Source of the DNA: Selaginella moellendorffii
Lineage: Eukaryota > Plantae > Lycopodiophyta
Direction of reading: 5' to 3'
NCBI RefSeq assembly: GCF_000143415.4
Contig: NW_003314285.1
Coordinates: 1,747,471 to 1,811,470 of the forward strand
Length of the DNA: 64,000 bases
The notes below the pieces were generated by a model that ran no database searches, was not told where the DNA came from, and saw nothing but the letters and a program-made list of their open reading frames with translations. The stretch's first letter is position 1; every line of letters begins with the position of its first letter. Shown in pieces: positions 62,408-64,000 of the stretch. Made by a program: the position numbers and the translations under genes.

Positions 62408-62762
62408 AATCCATAGTTATATGGTTCACTGAAAACACTGTAAATTTTGTTGCTCCTTCCTTTTACCTTTTACATGGATTTTCCTTTTTTTCGCAAATAG
62501 TGTAGATTTTGTTGCTCGTTTGCTTTCACCTTTTAGACTTTTCTCTCTCCCCTTTTCTCTTTTTCGCAAATTTTTTAAAATCGGACGGCTGAGATTGCGA
62601 CACGGTTCGTACTTGGCGCCAAAAAAATATCTCGCTCCTCCACTGTAGCCAGTGAAGTGTGGTGTGGTGTGAGTTTCCCAGGCTAGGGTTTATGGCCGGG
62701 AGCTTCCGGGCTATGGCGCATCGCGATCGCGATCTCGTCCCGGCGCGGGTCTAGGCCTGTGA

Positions 62763-64000
<1,238 letters not shown>

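Overview
Gene-dense plant nuclear DNA, not prokaryotic. Introns of about 43-60 nt, intergenic gaps down to 36 bp and five PLS-type PPR genes suggest a lycophyte such as Selaginella (inference). Gene order: LysM receptor pseudokinase (cut by the window start), IDD zinc-finger TF, two tandem PPR genes, a DUF599 trio (one pseudogene), a decayed Ty3/Gypsy retroelement in an AT-rich block (about 15.1-22 kb), an unresolved degenerate region (22-26 kb), MIR160, EB1, LISCL-type GRAS TF, TRM1-family tRNA methyltransferase, PLS-PPR, ENODL phytocyanin, argininosuccinate lyase, a small mL80-like ORF, a MYB80-type R2R3-MYB, a serine carboxypeptidase-like gene, an intronless dual-specificity phosphatase, two PPR-DYW editing factors with an inverted DYW fragment, a chromomethylase, a divergent pair of secreted Gly/His/Trp-rich peptide genes (one frameshifted and repetitive), and a ZTL/FKF1 LOV-F-box-Kelch gene (cut by the window end). 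The most promising undescribed element is the secreted His/Gly/Trp repeat-peptide locus with a W-box/ABRE bidirectional promoter. Also notable are the DYW inverted repeat that could produce small RNA and a hairpin-embedded uORF abutting the phosphatase start codon. All family assignments come from motif recognition by eye; no searches were run.
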